From a virus (taxonomy: Duplodnaviria > Caudoviricetes), in the IMG/VR virus record IMGVR_UViG_3300021431_000103, positions 22,048-86,047 of that record: a stretch of 64,000 nucleotides of DNA; one strand, given 5' to 3'. The translations under genes and the position numbers were made by a program. Under the pieces are notes generated by a model that saw only the letters and a program-made list of their open reading frames with translations, was not told the origin of the DNA and made no database searches. Positions 41,764 to 52,111 of the stretch are shown in pieces. The first letter of the stretch is position 1. Each line of letters opens with the position of its first letter.

Positions 41764-42183
41764 ATGGCACAGACACTTGAAGAAGAAGTAAACACACCAA
41801 TACATTATAGAACACACGAAAGTGGTCTAGAAGCTATTGAGATTACACGTCATTTGATTGGTGATTTATCTAATGCTTGGAAATATGCCATGCGTTATGA
41901 AGATAAAAATACACCAAAGAAAGACGTCAAAAAACTTTGTTGGTATCTAAATGATTTTCATAAAAACTTCATTGACGAAAACAATGAATGTACAGCAAAC
42001 ATTGATGTCCCTAATAATATAAAGGACAAAATGTTGAAGGTCATTGATACAGAGCCCGTCCAACAAATACAAGCTGCATTTAAACAAATTTATATGTTAG
42101 TTTGTAATGGTGGAATTATTTTACCTGATGCTTTTCAAAAAACAATTGATGATTTGGAAAGTTATGCAGACACATTAAATTAA
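41764..42183 (+). CDS. DUF3310-like phage protein
   Basis: VNTPIHY..EAIEI..NAWKY..RYEDK..DVKK..WYL. Confidence 0.75.
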   Translation: MAQTLEEEVNTPIHYRTHESGLEAIEITRHLIGDLSNAWKYAMRYEDKNTPKKDVKKLCWYLNDFHKNFIDENNECTANIDVPNNIKDKMLKVIDTEPVQQIQAAFKQIYMLVCNGGIILPDAFQKTIDDLESYADTLN

Positions 42184-42194
42184 GAAACGATATA

Positions 42195-42223
42195 TTGACA
42201 TTCAAAAATAATGTAAATATATT
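42195..42223 (+). promoter_or_regulatory. Sigma70-type early promoter
   Basis: TTGACA-17 nt-TATATT. Confidence 0.75.
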
Positions 42224-42256
42224 TTAACAATCAAAAAATGAAAAAGGAAAAATAAA

Positions 42257-42526
42257 ATGGAAAATCTAACTATTACATCAACTAAAATTCTACCTATTGA
42301 AAATGGAAAGGGTGGATGTGTTGCTATTGCTCAGCTTGTATTCAATGATGCTTTGAAGTTGACTGGTATTAAGCTTATTGACAATGGTAGTTCTCGTTTC
42401 ATCTCATATCCACGAAATATGAGCAACAAGCAGAAGAAGTCATATTTCTTCCCTGTTAGCAAGGATATTGCAGATCAAATTAACAATAGATTGTGGGAAG
42501 ATTATAGCAAACTAGAAAACAACTAA
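42257..42526 (+). CDS. spoVG: SpoVG-like nucleic-acid-binding protein
   Basis: IT..KI, A.A.LVFNDAL..GIKLI..G..FISYP..YFFPV. Confidence 0.8.
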   Translation: MENLTITSTKILPIENGKGGCVAIAQLVFNDALKLTGIKLIDNGSSRFISYPRNMSNKQKKSYFFPVSKDIADQINNRLWEDYSKLENN

Positions 42527-42533
42527 TTCAAAT

Positions 42534-42848
42534 ATGAAGCATAAAAAGAAATTCCCAGAACCACAACAATTACTTCCTAATAAAAAGAAGGAAATGTTGA
42601 AAATTGTACAGAACTCTGAAGCAATGAAAGCGGTTTTGGAAATGATTAAATCTTCAAATGAATTATTTGATAAATCAAAAACCGTCAAATCTTCAACTAT
42701 GTTGGATTGGGTAGAAAGAGCAATTAACATTTTACCTGACAATATGGTTGATAAGGACGGTTTTTGTGTAGAATTAAGAAAATTAGTAGACAACTATGGA
42801 GTAAATGACAATGGCACTTGTACTCAACAGCAAGAATGTAACAACTAA
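42534..42848 (+). CDS. Hypothetical protein
   Basis: 104-aa ORF. Confidence 0.5.
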   Translation: MKHKKKFPEPQQLLPNKKKEMLKIVQNSEAMKAVLEMIKSSNELFDKSKTVKSSTMLDWVERAINILPDNMVDKDGFCVELRKLVDNYGVNDNGTCTQQQECNN

Positions 42849-43036
42849 TGAATTCGTAAGACTTATAGTATGTTCTGTATTAGAAGATCTTGAAATGAAT
42901 TTTGATGACTATGCTAAAATCTATGTAAAAGATTACGATACATTGACTGAAGATGAAAAATTCAAGATTGACCAATGGAAAGTAAAGGTATTTGACAAAC
43001 TAAATAAAGCAATCAAGAAGGACGAAATACTAAATC

Positions 43037-43340
43037 ATGTCTAAATTTGAAATTGGAAAAATTTATAAAGATCAATCTGGTCAAGAATATACATTCCTTA
43101 ATGAAGACAAAGGCATTGGTATATTTAAACTTAGGAATGCAGAAAAGAAATTCCGAATAATTGAACAATTTGGTAGTATCTCATTGGCTTGTGGTAATCG
43201 GTATTCAAATCAAGAGTGGTAAACCTGAAGTGATATACGATGAAGAAATTGATGGTATAAGACCAAATCAACAGCACGTATTTAATCTTAATGGAGAAAG
43301 TTATGTCAATCTTTTCAAAAAGCACAAAGAAGCCAAATAA
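43037..43340 (+). CDS. Hypothetical protein; in-frame CGG 43199 (stop 43222 if Arg, 43340 if shifted; 100 aa)
   Basis: Shifted frame is open for 46 codons: N-G-IQIKSGKPEVIYDEE.. Confidence 0.5.
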
Positions 43341-44032
43341 GCCAAAGGTTATTGTTAAAAAGACACCAAAGAAGAAAGATGACGAACAAGCACAATTGAC
43401 AGAAGAACAATTGGAAGCATTACAAGAGCGGAGAAGTCCCACCTAATGCCCAACAAATGAATCCAATGATTATTCCAGATTTTTTCAACAATCTAAGGAA
43501 TAACTATTATGTTGCCAATAGAATCATTTGGTTGACTGGATTTATTGAATGGGGTATTATTACAGAAGTAATGCGAAGATTGAACTTCTATGATGATGGA
43601 ACAAAAGAACCAATCACATTGTATATTGCTTCTCCTGGTGGAGAATGTGATGCTGGTTGGGCATTGATTGACATGATTGAAAAGCTCAAGAAGAAGGGAA
43701 TCATAATTAGAACTATCTGTGCTGGATCTTGTTCTTCAATGGCCGCAATGATTCTTTGTGCTGGTACAAAAGGACAAAGATATGCTTTCCCATCTTCTAG
43801 AATAATGATTCACCAAGCTGGAATTGAATTGACTGGTGGAAAACTAGATGATATAGCAAACACAACAAAAGAACTTCAATACTGGACAGATTTGTCTGCT
43901 AGATACATTTCTAAAGTATCTAAAAAGAAACTTAAAGAAGTTGAAAAAGAATTGTGTTATGATAACTATATGACACCTGGTGAAGCCAAGAAATTTGGTA
44001 TCATTGACAAAATAGATGTAGTATTATCATAA
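43303..44032 (+). CDS. clpP: ClpP-like protease with N-terminal extension, one +1 shift at CGG 43429; 242 aa
   Basis: GGAG RBS before ATG 43303; LYIASPGG, CSSMAA (Ser), RIMIHQ (His), FGIIDKI. Confidence 0.88.
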
Positions 44033-44436
44033 TGATTAAATCGTTACAAGAAATAAAAGAAGCTATAATGGAATCAAGAGACCTACACATTGATTGTGGG
44101 TCTTCTTCCAGTAATAAGCAAGAAGATACAATGTATCTACTATCAATGATTATGCAGAAATACCCTGAAAAGATAGCAGAGATAGAAGAAAGCATTGGTG
44201 AGGGTGAAGATTTTCGTGCTTATTTTAGTGACAATGATTCATTGAAAGAACTAAAGGAACTTCGCCATTCAGATCCAGATCATTTTTACAGAATTCTACG
44301 AAAAGAAGAATTGTTTTTGAATACTTGTTTACAGACATTTGGGTTTAGCAGATATATAATCTCATTAAATCCAGATAAACTATTTTCTACTGAGTTTGAT
44401 GATGAAGATGATGATGGTGAAATAGAAGATTTATAG
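44032..44436 (+). CDS. Hypothetical acidic-tail protein
   Basis: 134-aa ORF. Confidence 0.55.
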   Translation: MIKSLQEIKEAIMESRDLHIDCGSSSSNKQEDTMYLLSMIMQKYPEKIAEIEESIGEGEDFRAYFSDNDSLKELKELRHSDPDHFYRILRKEELFLNTCLQTFGFSRYIISLNPDKLFSTEFDDEDDDGEIEDL

Positions 44437-44479
44437 CTTCATATAAATAATAGACCATAACTATTAAAAGGAATATAAT

Positions 44480-45529
44480 ATGAATTTTCGTGATTTTGTT
44501 AGAGAAGATGAAAGAAAACAACAAAGAACTAGGGAACCAGAGCCTGTAGTAGAAGAGCCAATCTATGAACAGGAAATGTACCAGGAACCTGAACAGGAAC
44601 CAGAATACAATGCGATGTATGAATATGAAGATGAAGGCGAAGAAGAATACTATGAACCAGAACCACCAAAGGTGATTCCAAAGAAACCTGTTCAGCAAAG
44701 AGTTCCTGTATATAGACAACAAGTTCCACAGAGAACAGTTGTTCGTCAAAAGCCAGTGTATAGAAATGCTATGCCAATTGACCAATACAACAGGCCAATC
44801 CAAATTAGCAAGAAACAGTTGACAGAAAACACAATTGAGAATACAGCCAACACATTGACAGAAGCAATCAAAAGAAAAGTTGATACTATATTCTATCGTT
44901 TTGGTATTCAGGGACTTGAAAAACTTGACGAAAAGATACTTGATACTATTGAAGAACTACAGTATCCTGAACAGAAAACACCCATTAAGAAATCTGGAGT
45001 GAATATGAGAAGAGTTCCACCAAGAAAACCCGTTAGAAAGGTCAAGCCACTTCCTATTCAAGACATTGAACCAGAATATGAACCAGTGGTAGAACAATAT
45101 GAAGAACCTGTAATTGAACAAGCAGAAGAACAGGTAGAAGAACCAATTGAACAGATTGTAGAACAGAATGTTCCTGTTGCAGAAGAGCCAGTTCAAGAAC
45201 CAGTTCAAGAACCAGTTCAAGAAGAAATAGAAGAACCAAAGAATGAAGCAACAAACATCTTTGATGTAGCTACACAGTTGCTTGACATTGACCCTGCACA
45301 AGAACTAAAACATGAACCACACGGCAGCAATCCTGTATTTGAACAAACATCTATTCCTGTTCCACCTGTAGTTCAACCAGAGAAAACAGAAAATCTAGTA
45401 TTTGAAGTTCCACCTGTTGAAACACCCAAAATGGTAACTATGCCTGAATTGGATGAATCAACAAAAACAGAACAAGTAGAACAACCAAAGAGAAGAAGAA
45501 GAAAAAAGGAAACTAATGAAGAAGGATAA
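44480..45529 (+). CDS. Pro/Glu/Gln-rich low-complexity late protein with leader
   Basis: MNFRDFVRED; TATAAATA at 44443; (PVQE)3 tandem repeat. Confidence 0.65.
   Translation: MNFRDFVREDERKQQRTREPEPVVEEPIYEQEMYQEPEQEPEYNAMYEYEDEGEEEYYEPEPPKVIPKKPVQQRVPVYRQQVPQRTVVRQKPVYRNAMPIDQYNRPIQISKKQLTENTIENTANTLTEAIKRKVDTIFYRFGIQGLEKLDEKILDTIEELQYPEQKTPIKKSGVNMRRVPPRKPVRKVKPLPIQDIEPEYEPVVEQYEEPVIEQAEEQVEEPIEQIVEQNVPVAEEPVQEPVQEPVQEEIEEPKNEATNIFDVATQLLDIDPAQELKHEPHGSNPVFEQTSIPVPPVVQPEKTENLVFEVPPVETPKMVTMPELDESTKTEQVEQPKRRRRKKETNEEG
45188..45223 (+). repeat. 12-bp tandem repeat, three copies (CCAGTTCAAGAA)
   Basis: Visible directly; encodes PVQE three times. Confidence 0.8.
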
Positions 45530-45770
45530 AACTGAAAAGAAACAGAAAGAAGTCAAAGACATGGTAATCGTGGATGGCACCGTAATAGAAGCTTTCCCAA
45601 ATGCCATGTTTGATGTTCAACTTGACAACGGCCAAATTGTTAGATGCACTGTTGCCGGTAATATGCGAAACAATAGATTCAGGATTAGAGTAAATCCTGA
45701 TGATAGAGTTCAATTGGGTATTAGCATATACAACAATTCTGTTGGTAGAATCTTGTATAGATATAATTAG
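45516..45770 (+). CDS. infA: Translation initiation factor IF-1
   Basis: VDGTVIEAFPNAMFDVQLDNG..GNMR..IRV.PDDRV..GRILYR. Confidence 0.9.
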   Translation: MKKDKTEKKQKEVKDMVIVDGTVIEAFPNAMFDVQLDNGQIVRCTVAGNMRNNRFRIRVNPDDRVQLGISIYNNSVGRILYRYN

Positions 45771-45797
45771 GCCAACAAAACAATGGAGGATTAGCAA

Positions 45798-46022
45798 ATG
45801 GATATACCAAAATACAGACCTAGTAGAAGGATTAGTTGGGATGAAATTTGTGAAGATTTTCCTGATGTTGCAGACCAAATCGTTAAAGAAGATCAATGGT
45901 CACCTTATGAAAGGAAACCAGATTTTACAGAAGTAGATAAGACACTGATGCCTTGGATTCCTGAGAAAGTTAGAGAAGGAAAAGAAGACGAGAGAATAGA
46001 CACAATCTGGCTAACCAAATAA
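45798..46022 (+). CDS. Hypothetical protein
   Basis: GGAGG RBS; 74 aa. Confidence 0.55.
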   Translation: MDIPKYRPSRRISWDEICEDFPDVADQIVKEDQWSPYERKPDFTEVDKTLMPWIPEKVREGKEDERIDTIWLTK

Positions 46023-46085
46023 GGAGATATGAAATATATGGATTAAAGGCCCAATCATAGGGCCTTTTCTTATAAATAGTGTATA

Positions 46086-46649
46086 ATGGATTACGAAAAC
46101 GAAATAGAACAAGTCAACAAACTATGGAAAAGGTTAGCAGAAAGTCTAACCGACACGAATAGTCAACATGGACTGCATAGATTGGTGAACAATGCAGAGA
46201 TGTTGTCTGCATATATGGAAGCCAACGGTATCTTGTCTGAATCAAAGAAAGTAGTCCTTGATTTTGAGCAAAAGAACGCAAAAATTAACATGTCTACCCA
46301 TAACAGGGAGATAGACAATGCCATAGTTTTTGTCATCCTTAAAGGATTGACTACAATACCAACGAAAACAGAAGCATTCAGAATGGGCTTGATAGATGCT
46401 AAAGGAAAACTAATTAGGAAGCCCAAAACACAAAAAGAGAATGAAGCCATTAGTAACCTAGACTTGTTATTCTTCAAATTGAGGGAATGGCTGGCCCCTA
46501 GAATTGCTTACTTGAGTACTGTAAGTTGGGTGAAGGGTGTAATGAACAACATCCGTGGGCAGAATTACTTTAAAAATGCTAGTGTTCTTGCAAGGCAATA
46601 TGCAGTAAGAAAGATTAACGATGAATTGTGGAAAATTTTGGAGCATTAA
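46086..46649 (+). CDS. Conserved T4-like late protein
   Basis: TATAAATA at 46071; AFRMGLIDAKGKLIRKP motif recalls a common myovirus protein. Confidence 0.5.
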   Translation: MDYENEIEQVNKLWKRLAESLTDTNSQHGLHRLVNNAEMLSAYMEANGILSESKKVVLDFEQKNAKINMSTHNREIDNAIVFVILKGLTTIPTKTEAFRMGLIDAKGKLIRKPKTQKENEAISNLDLLFFKLREWLAPRIAYLSTVSWVKGVMNNIRGQNYFKNASVLARQYAVRKINDELWKILEH

Positions 46650-46651
46650 TT

Positions 46652-46891
46652 ATGGAAACATCATTTTATATAGAAACATATATTGATAAGAAAATTGCTG
46701 AACAATTTGAACAAGATATAATGTTCACTTTGAAAACAAGAGATTTGAAAGTCCGTGCTTACGATGATTATATGAATGTTGAAATTTATGAAGATGATTT
46801 AAGTTTTAAAGATTTACTTAACCTTGTTCAACTTATAAAAGAATATGAATTTACTGATTATGTTAAAAACTTTGTATTTAATAAATGGTAA
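46652..46891 (+). CDS. Hypothetical protein
   Basis: 79-aa ORF. Confidence 0.5.
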   Translation: METSFYIETYIDKKIAEQFEQDIMFTLKTRDLKVRAYDDYMNVEIYEDDLSFKDLLNLVQLIKEYEFTDYVKNFVFNKW

Positions 46892-46904
46892 TAGGAGAAT
46901 AATT

Positions 46905-47147
46905 ATGCAGTTAGATGAAGCAAAACAGGTATTGATTGACAATGGTTATCTAGTAGAATCTGTCAATGGTAATGAATTATTGAATAACTACATTGATTAC
47001 TTAGCTGGTAGAGGAATGGATGTTGAACTCCAAGGAACAATGCTTTTCATTGATGGTGAAGAAGTAATGAATCTTGGTGGTTACAATACTGCATATCAAA
47101 TCTACATGATTGGTAAAGAACTTGATGACAGAGGTTTCTTCAATTAA
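46905..47147 (+). CDS. Leader-bearing protein (xLxEAK family)
   Basis: MQLDEAKQVLIDNGYLVES. Confidence 0.7.
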   Translation: MQLDEAKQVLIDNGYLVESVNGNELLNNYIDYLAGRGMDVELQGTMLFIDGEEVMNLGGYNTAYQIYMIGKELDDRGFFN

Positions 47148-47161
47148 ATAGAGGTAATAAT

Positions 47162-47839
47162 ATGCGTTTATATGAAGCAAAAGAAATTTTAAATGATAAT
47201 GGTTTTCTATTAGAAGTCAGGGGTAAAACCAACATTGAAGATTTCCAAAAGATGAAAGCTGATGTTGCTAAACTAACAAATATATCTGGTTCAAATTTTG
47301 AATTTATTACTGGAAATGTGAAAGGTTCCGAAGAAGATAAAAGATCAACTATGATACTTGGCTATGATAGAGGTAAAGGTTATACTTATGATACAGGTAG
47401 ACCTGGTTTTAGTAGATATAGACGAATTACCTTAGAAAAAGCACTTGAACTAATAAAGAATGTACAAAAAGACCTTGAAGATTTAGGATATAGAGTAGAA
47501 TTTACTGACAACAATGTAAAAATTTCTATGGAAAAAACCCCAATAGATGTTGAAGACGAAAGAGATATGACTTTATTTGGTATCTTCAATGATGGTGGCA
47601 ACTGTTATTCTTCAAGAGATGACGAAAATTGGTATTGGGCAGTTTCCGAAGGTGAAACAGCACAGGAATTTCGTGCTAGACTAAAAAGAGCTGGTGAAAG
47701 AAAGGCCCAAACTAATTATCGTGAATATGTAAAAAGTCCAACTTATGGTGTTAGAGTATTCAAGAGCATTGAAGAATTTAAGAAAGCCTGTGACAAAGTT
47801 GGATTACAGCCTGATTTGCGTGAATTTGAGGAACAATAA
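47162..47839 (+). CDS. Leader-bearing protein (xLxEAK family)
   Basis: MRLYEAKEILNDNGFLLE. Confidence 0.7.
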   Translation: MRLYEAKEILNDNGFLLEVRGKTNIEDFQKMKADVAKLTNISGSNFEFITGNVKGSEEDKRSTMILGYDRGKGYTYDTGRPGFSRYRRITLEKALELIKNVQKDLEDLGYRVEFTDNNVKISMEKTPIDVEDERDMTLFGIFNDGGNCYSSRDDENWYWAVSEGETAQEFRARLKRAGERKAQTNYREYVKSPTYGVRVFKSIEEFKKACDKVGLQPDLREFEEQ

Positions 47840-48090
47840 TGAAAGAACCTTGTCCAAATTGTCATAGTGATAAAATGAAATATGGATTCATTCTTGAAAA
47901 GGATGGAATCTATATGACTATGGTAAAGGACATAAAGACATGTTGTGCCGTAAAAGTAAAACTATTATCATTCAATGCATTGGAAGTAAAATTTATTGCA
48001 GAAGAAAACCACAAAGAATACACCAAAGCTAGAAAAGATTTTATGACCAGTTCCTGGCAATTGAAAGGACCTGATGCGAAATTTGAATAA
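47839..48090 (+). CDS. Hypothetical protein
   Basis: 83 aa, CPNC near the N-terminus. Confidence 0.5.
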   Translation: MKEPCPNCHSDKMKYGFILEKDGIYMTMVKDIKTCCAVKVKLLSFNALEVKFIAEENHKEYTKARKDFMTSSWQLKGPDAKFE

Positions 48091-48101
48091 GGAGAAATAA
48101 T

Positions 48102-48863
48102 ATGTTATTGAGAGAAGCAAAAGAGATTTTAAAGAATAATGGCTACCTAATAGAAAAGGTAGATGTAGAATACAATTACAAAGGACATCGTGGTAGTGCC
48201 CAACTTATTGTAGATGGTAAAATATATTCCAAGAAAGATTTTAAGAATTCTGATTGGCAAGCATTGACAAGTTTCATTGGTAGTTACAATAAACTATATC
48301 CAAAATTTGATGAATTTTTAAAAATGCCTATTGAAGATTTTACATATGATACATTAAGTGAATTTTATAAAGTTTATTCTAAATGTAAAGAACAAGAATT
48401 TGACATAAGATATATCTTAAAGAAAGCAGGATTTGAAGTAGATAGATCTGAAAACATTGAAGAACTATATAGAGAAAAAAGAGATAAAATTACAGAATTC
48501 ACAAAGAAAGAAATTGAAGAAAAGACAGATCTAATTTCTGTTAAATCAGATTATGAATGTAGCTGGCCTGGTTTTGAAAAAGCATTTGTGATAAATGTTG
48601 ATTGGGCAAATAAAACATTCTACAAATGGAGTGGCTATTGTGCTTTCCTTGATTTGTCTGATATTCCTGATCTTAAAATGGTTAGTGGCGGAAGAGCAGA
48701 ACTATCTGTTGATAACATTAACAAAATTGGAGACTGGTTGAATGACAATAAGGACTTGGTAGAAAAAGAAATGAAAAAAGGAAAAGCTTATTTTGATGAT
48801 GTTGCTGAAGACCAAGCAAGGTATTACAAAGATCATCCAAATGGAAACTGGAGTGGTGACTAA
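48102..48863 (+). CDS. Leader-bearing protein (xLxEAK family)
   Basis: MLLREAKEILKNNGYLIE. Confidence 0.7.
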   Translation: MLLREAKEILKNNGYLIEKVDVEYNYKGHRGSAQLIVDGKIYSKKDFKNSDWQALTSFIGSYNKLYPKFDEFLKMPIEDFTYDTLSEFYKVYSKCKEQEFDIRYILKKAGFEVDRSENIEELYREKRDKITEFTKKEIEEKTDLISVKSDYECSWPGFEKAFVINVDWANKTFYKWSGYCAFLDLSDIPDLKMVSGGRAELSVDNINKIGDWLNDNKDLVEKEMKKGKAYFDDVAEDQARYYKDHPNGNWSGD

Positions 48864-50252
48864 TTGCTTACGCAAACTACTACCCTAAAGGGTAGTGGTC
48901 AGTAAGTAAAGTTTAAAATTAAACAAGAGTTTTGACTTAAAATTGAAAATGTTGATTTAATTCAAAAAATATTATATATACAATATATGACAAGAAAACA
49001 ATTAACAGAAGAAGAAAAGAAACAAATACGAAATAGTATTATAGAAACTCGTTTAAGGAGAAAATCTCAAATACTTAAAGTATTTGAAATGAAAGTTAAT
49101 TGTCATCAGATAAAGAAAGAAACCTTTGATAAAATGAAAAACTACTTTATTCAAGCTAAATGGATATACAATGATATGTTAAGCTTGAGTAAGAAAGAAG
49201 ATAATAATATATTTGAATATAATTATCTTGAACATAAAACTGTACATAGGTTTAACAAAAATAAAGAATATATTGAAGAAAATATTAGTTTACCTGTATT
49301 TCTACATAGAGGTGTTGTAGCACAAACAAAAACTAATATAACAAATTTGGCTAAAGCAAAAAGAAAGGGTTATAATGTTGGTAAATTAAAGTTTAAATCT
49401 GAATATAATTCTATACCTATAATTACTGGTGGAATAAGAATTATAGATAATAGCCATATAACCATTCCTGGATTCAAAAATCTAAAAGTATATGGATTAC
49501 ACCAAATACTATCATTAGATAATTATGAAATAGCTGATGGAAAATTTTTATGCAAACCAAGTGGTTATTATATTAAAGTAACTGTATGTTTAAATAATAA
49601 GGAGAAAAGAGAACCAACATATAAAGAAGTTGGATTAGACTTAGGTATAAAAGATAACATTACCACATCTGATGGGGATAAGTATAATTGTATTGTGCGA
49701 GAAAGTGAATACTTGAAATATCTTCAAAAACATTTAAATAAAAAACAAAAGTATTCTAAGCGATATTACAAATTACTTAATCAAATTAGAAAAGAATATG
49801 AACATTTGAATAACAAGAAACAGGATGATACAAATAAAATCATTCACAGTTTACTTTCAAAATATGATGTAATATATTTTCAAGATGAACAGATTTCAAA
49901 TTGGAAAGATACAGATCATAATTGCGAAGTTATTCAGCATTCATATCTTGGTAGAGTAAAAGCTAAATTGGTTAGTATGAATGGTAATAGAACATTTATG
50001 ATAGATAAATGGAAACCCACTACAAAGTATTGTTCTAATTGTGGTACTTTGAATGATATTGGTACATCACGAACTTATACTTGTGAATGTGGTTATTCTA
50101 TGGATAGGGACATTCATGCAGCAAAGAATGTAAAAATGTTTGGCTCAACACAAAGAGCTGAGTGTCTGGAACAGGCCTCCGATTCATTTTTAGAGAAATC
50201 TAAAGATGTCAACGAAAAAGAAGCTATCCCTCTTTAGAGTGATGGGAGTTCA
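48860..50252 (+). mobile_element. tnpB-only IS200/IS605- or IS607-type element, copy 1
   Basis: Left hairpin ACTACTACCC-taaa-GGGTAGTGGT; right end GAAGCTATCCCTCTTTAGAGTGATGGGAGTTCA; ends shared with copy 2. Confidence 0.8.
48987..50237 (+). CDS. tnpB: TnpB RNA-guided nuclease
   Basis: RuvC-I VGLDLGIKD, RuvC-II YFQDE, Zn finger CSNC..CECG, RuvC-III DRDIHAAKN. Confidence 0.9.
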   Translation: MTRKQLTEEEKKQIRNSIIETRLRRKSQILKVFEMKVNCHQIKKETFDKMKNYFIQAKWIYNDMLSLSKKEDNNIFEYNYLEHKTVHRFNKNKEYIEENISLPVFLHRGVVAQTKTNITNLAKAKRKGYNVGKLKFKSEYNSIPIITGGIRIIDNSHITIPGFKNLKVYGLHQILSLDNYEIADGKFLCKPSGYYIKVTVCLNNKEKREPTYKEVGLDLGIKDNITTSDGDKYNCIVRESEYLKYLQKHLNKKQKYSKRYYKLLNQIRKEYEHLNNKKQDDTNKIIHSLLSKYDVIYFQDEQISNWKDTDHNCEVIQHSYLGRVKAKLVSMNGNRTFMIDKWKPTTKYCSNCGTLNDIGTSRTYTCECGYSMDRDIHAAKNVKMFGSTQRAECLEQASDSFLEKSKDVNEKEAIPL

Positions 50253-50255
50253 TTA

Positions 50256-50711
50256 ATGGTTAGACATCAAAAAGGACATAAGAATTCAAAAGGTGAAGTT
50301 GCTGAATGGGTGATTGTTTCCCACAAGGATGGACATATCATCAGTTCCCATAAGACTAAGGAAGAAGCAGAAAAACACCTTAAGGATATACAGAAATTCA
50401 AACACATGGGAGAATCTATGGATTTGGATAAAGCAAAAAATATATTGAATGAAGCAGGATTCAAGTATGTTGACCCAGAAAGAGAACTAAAGAGAAAGGA
50501 AAAATTCAAGAAAGACCTGGATGAATATAGTAGTGCTTTGAACGATGTCAGGACTGCCATTAAAATTACTAAGGAAGGACTACCACAGACAATGACTGAC
50601 GAAATGGAAGATTATGTTGTAAACGAAACTAGATTTATTTTGAAGATGGCAAAGAAACTTGTTAAATTGCTTGAAAATGACTTGTACAAGACAATTGAAG
50701 AGGATGATTAA
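50256..50711 (+). CDS. Two-module protein with internal xLxxAK leader
   Basis: Internal ESMDLDKAKNILNEAGF at 50418. Confidence 0.65.
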   Translation: MVRHQKGHKNSKGEVAEWVIVSHKDGHIISSHKTKEEAEKHLKDIQKFKHMGESMDLDKAKNILNEAGFKYVDPERELKRKEKFKKDLDEYSSALNDVRTAIKITKEGLPQTMTDEMEDYVVNETRFILKMAKKLVKLLENDLYKTIEEDD

Positions 50712-50714
50712 AAT

Positions 50715-51536
50715 ATGGGGATATATAATTATCGTAAGATTGACACAGGATTGAAAACACAATTGGATGCTGACATCATTGAAGCAGTTTTCGGTCAAAT
50801 GAGTGATGGCATGTGGGAAAATTCAAGAGCAATGGAAGGCTATTGGCCCTATATTGATGTTGAAAAGAAAGGAAACAAAGTTTTCCTATTGGTAAATGAA
50901 GCATTCCAAATACAAAATTATCCAATAAACAAATTTGAAGATATGCCAGATGACAAAGTAAAGATTTGGGTGGCAAACCATATCAAGATGGTAATCAAAG
51001 ATGAAGGACTAGATTGGAAAAGGGATAATAGGGAAGAAACAGACTATCTTGCTACTGACTGGAGAACAAGCAAACAATCTGCTACTGTATCTGATTGCTA
51101 TTATGTCTACGAAGTATTGAAAGGAAGAAATGCTGCTAGACATGCTGAATACCAGAGAGAATCTATGGATGTAGAAGAAGCAAAGAACATACTAAACGAG
51201 AATGGTTATTTGGTAGAGAATACTGAAGCAGACGAGACTGCTTTGATGCAGATGGAAGAACTAATTAGAGTTGCCAATGTTCTACACGAAACAATCTATG
51301 AAGCATTGGATGCTGGCTATATCGTAAAAAGAACCAATCCAATAGGTTACTTCTTACAGAATCCAAAGACCAAGAATGTTTTTGCTGTTAACTTGGATGC
51401 AAAAAATGAAGGAATTTTTGTAAACATCAACAAGAATTCTTTTGAAGAATTTACTAAACCATCAATAGCGAAAGCAACTGTAGATAAAATCTTGGACTGG
51501 ATTGAAGAAAGAGATACAGACATGAGGAAAGAATAA
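50715..51536 (+). CDS. Two-module protein with internal xxxEAK leader
   Basis: Internal ESMDVEEAKNILNENGYLVE at 51165. Confidence 0.65.
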   Translation: MGIYNYRKIDTGLKTQLDADIIEAVFGQMSDGMWENSRAMEGYWPYIDVEKKGNKVFLLVNEAFQIQNYPINKFEDMPDDKVKIWVANHIKMVIKDEGLDWKRDNREETDYLATDWRTSKQSATVSDCYYVYEVLKGRNAARHAEYQRESMDVEEAKNILNENGYLVENTEADETALMQMEELIRVANVLHETIYEALDAGYIVKRTNPIGYFLQNPKTKNVFAVNLDAKNEGIFVNINKNSFEEFTKPSIAKATVDKILDWIEERDTDMRKE

Positions 51537-52093
51537 TGGATTTGAATGAAGCAAAGAAAATTCTAAATGATAATGATTACTTGTTAGAAGACAAACTGGC
51601 TAGTGATTATGATTCTTTTGATGAGTATCTGAAGGACTTCAAGGAAGAACTATTGTTCCAATATATGTTGCCTGAGATTGGTGAAAAGAAATACAAGAAA
51701 ATTCTAGCCAACAAGGACTTGATGCAAACTATAAAAGACAATTGGGCAAATGGTGACTATAGTCCATCAGAACTGGTGGAATGGATTCTGGACAATGATT
51801 TGCTTGAAGAAGATTTTACAATGGGTGTTCGGAGCACCATTGGGTGCAGATCAAGGCATACCACATTCAATGGATGGTTGTGCAGTTCCAATGATGAGAT
51901 TGGGTGAACCAGCCCCTCGCCGGACGCTGCCAGCCCTGTGGCCCTAGACACGCACCTCCTCCACCACCACATAGACTCCCACCTTTTCGGACTCTGGCCC
52001 TTGGGTGTAGTACTGACAAGTACTGCCACATCTACCAAAAAGCGTAAAAAGAAGAAAAAGAAAAAGAAAAAATCTAGCAAAAAGAAGAAATAA
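51536..52093 (+). CDS. Leader-bearing protein with Pro-rich linker and poly-Lys tail, three +1 shifts at CGG 51830, 51921, 51988; 184 aa
   Basis: Repair fills the gap to the next gene's RBS and ends TKKRKKKKKKKKKSSKKKK then TAA. Confidence 0.75.
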
Positions 52094-52111
52094 TAGAAAA
52101 GGAGATAAAAT

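Noticed and set aside
51757-52080. Minus-strand ORF with a poly-Phe start, and other short antisense ORFs in the track
   Set aside because: They are shadows of + strand genes (here the poly-Lys tail), with no RBS or promoter support.
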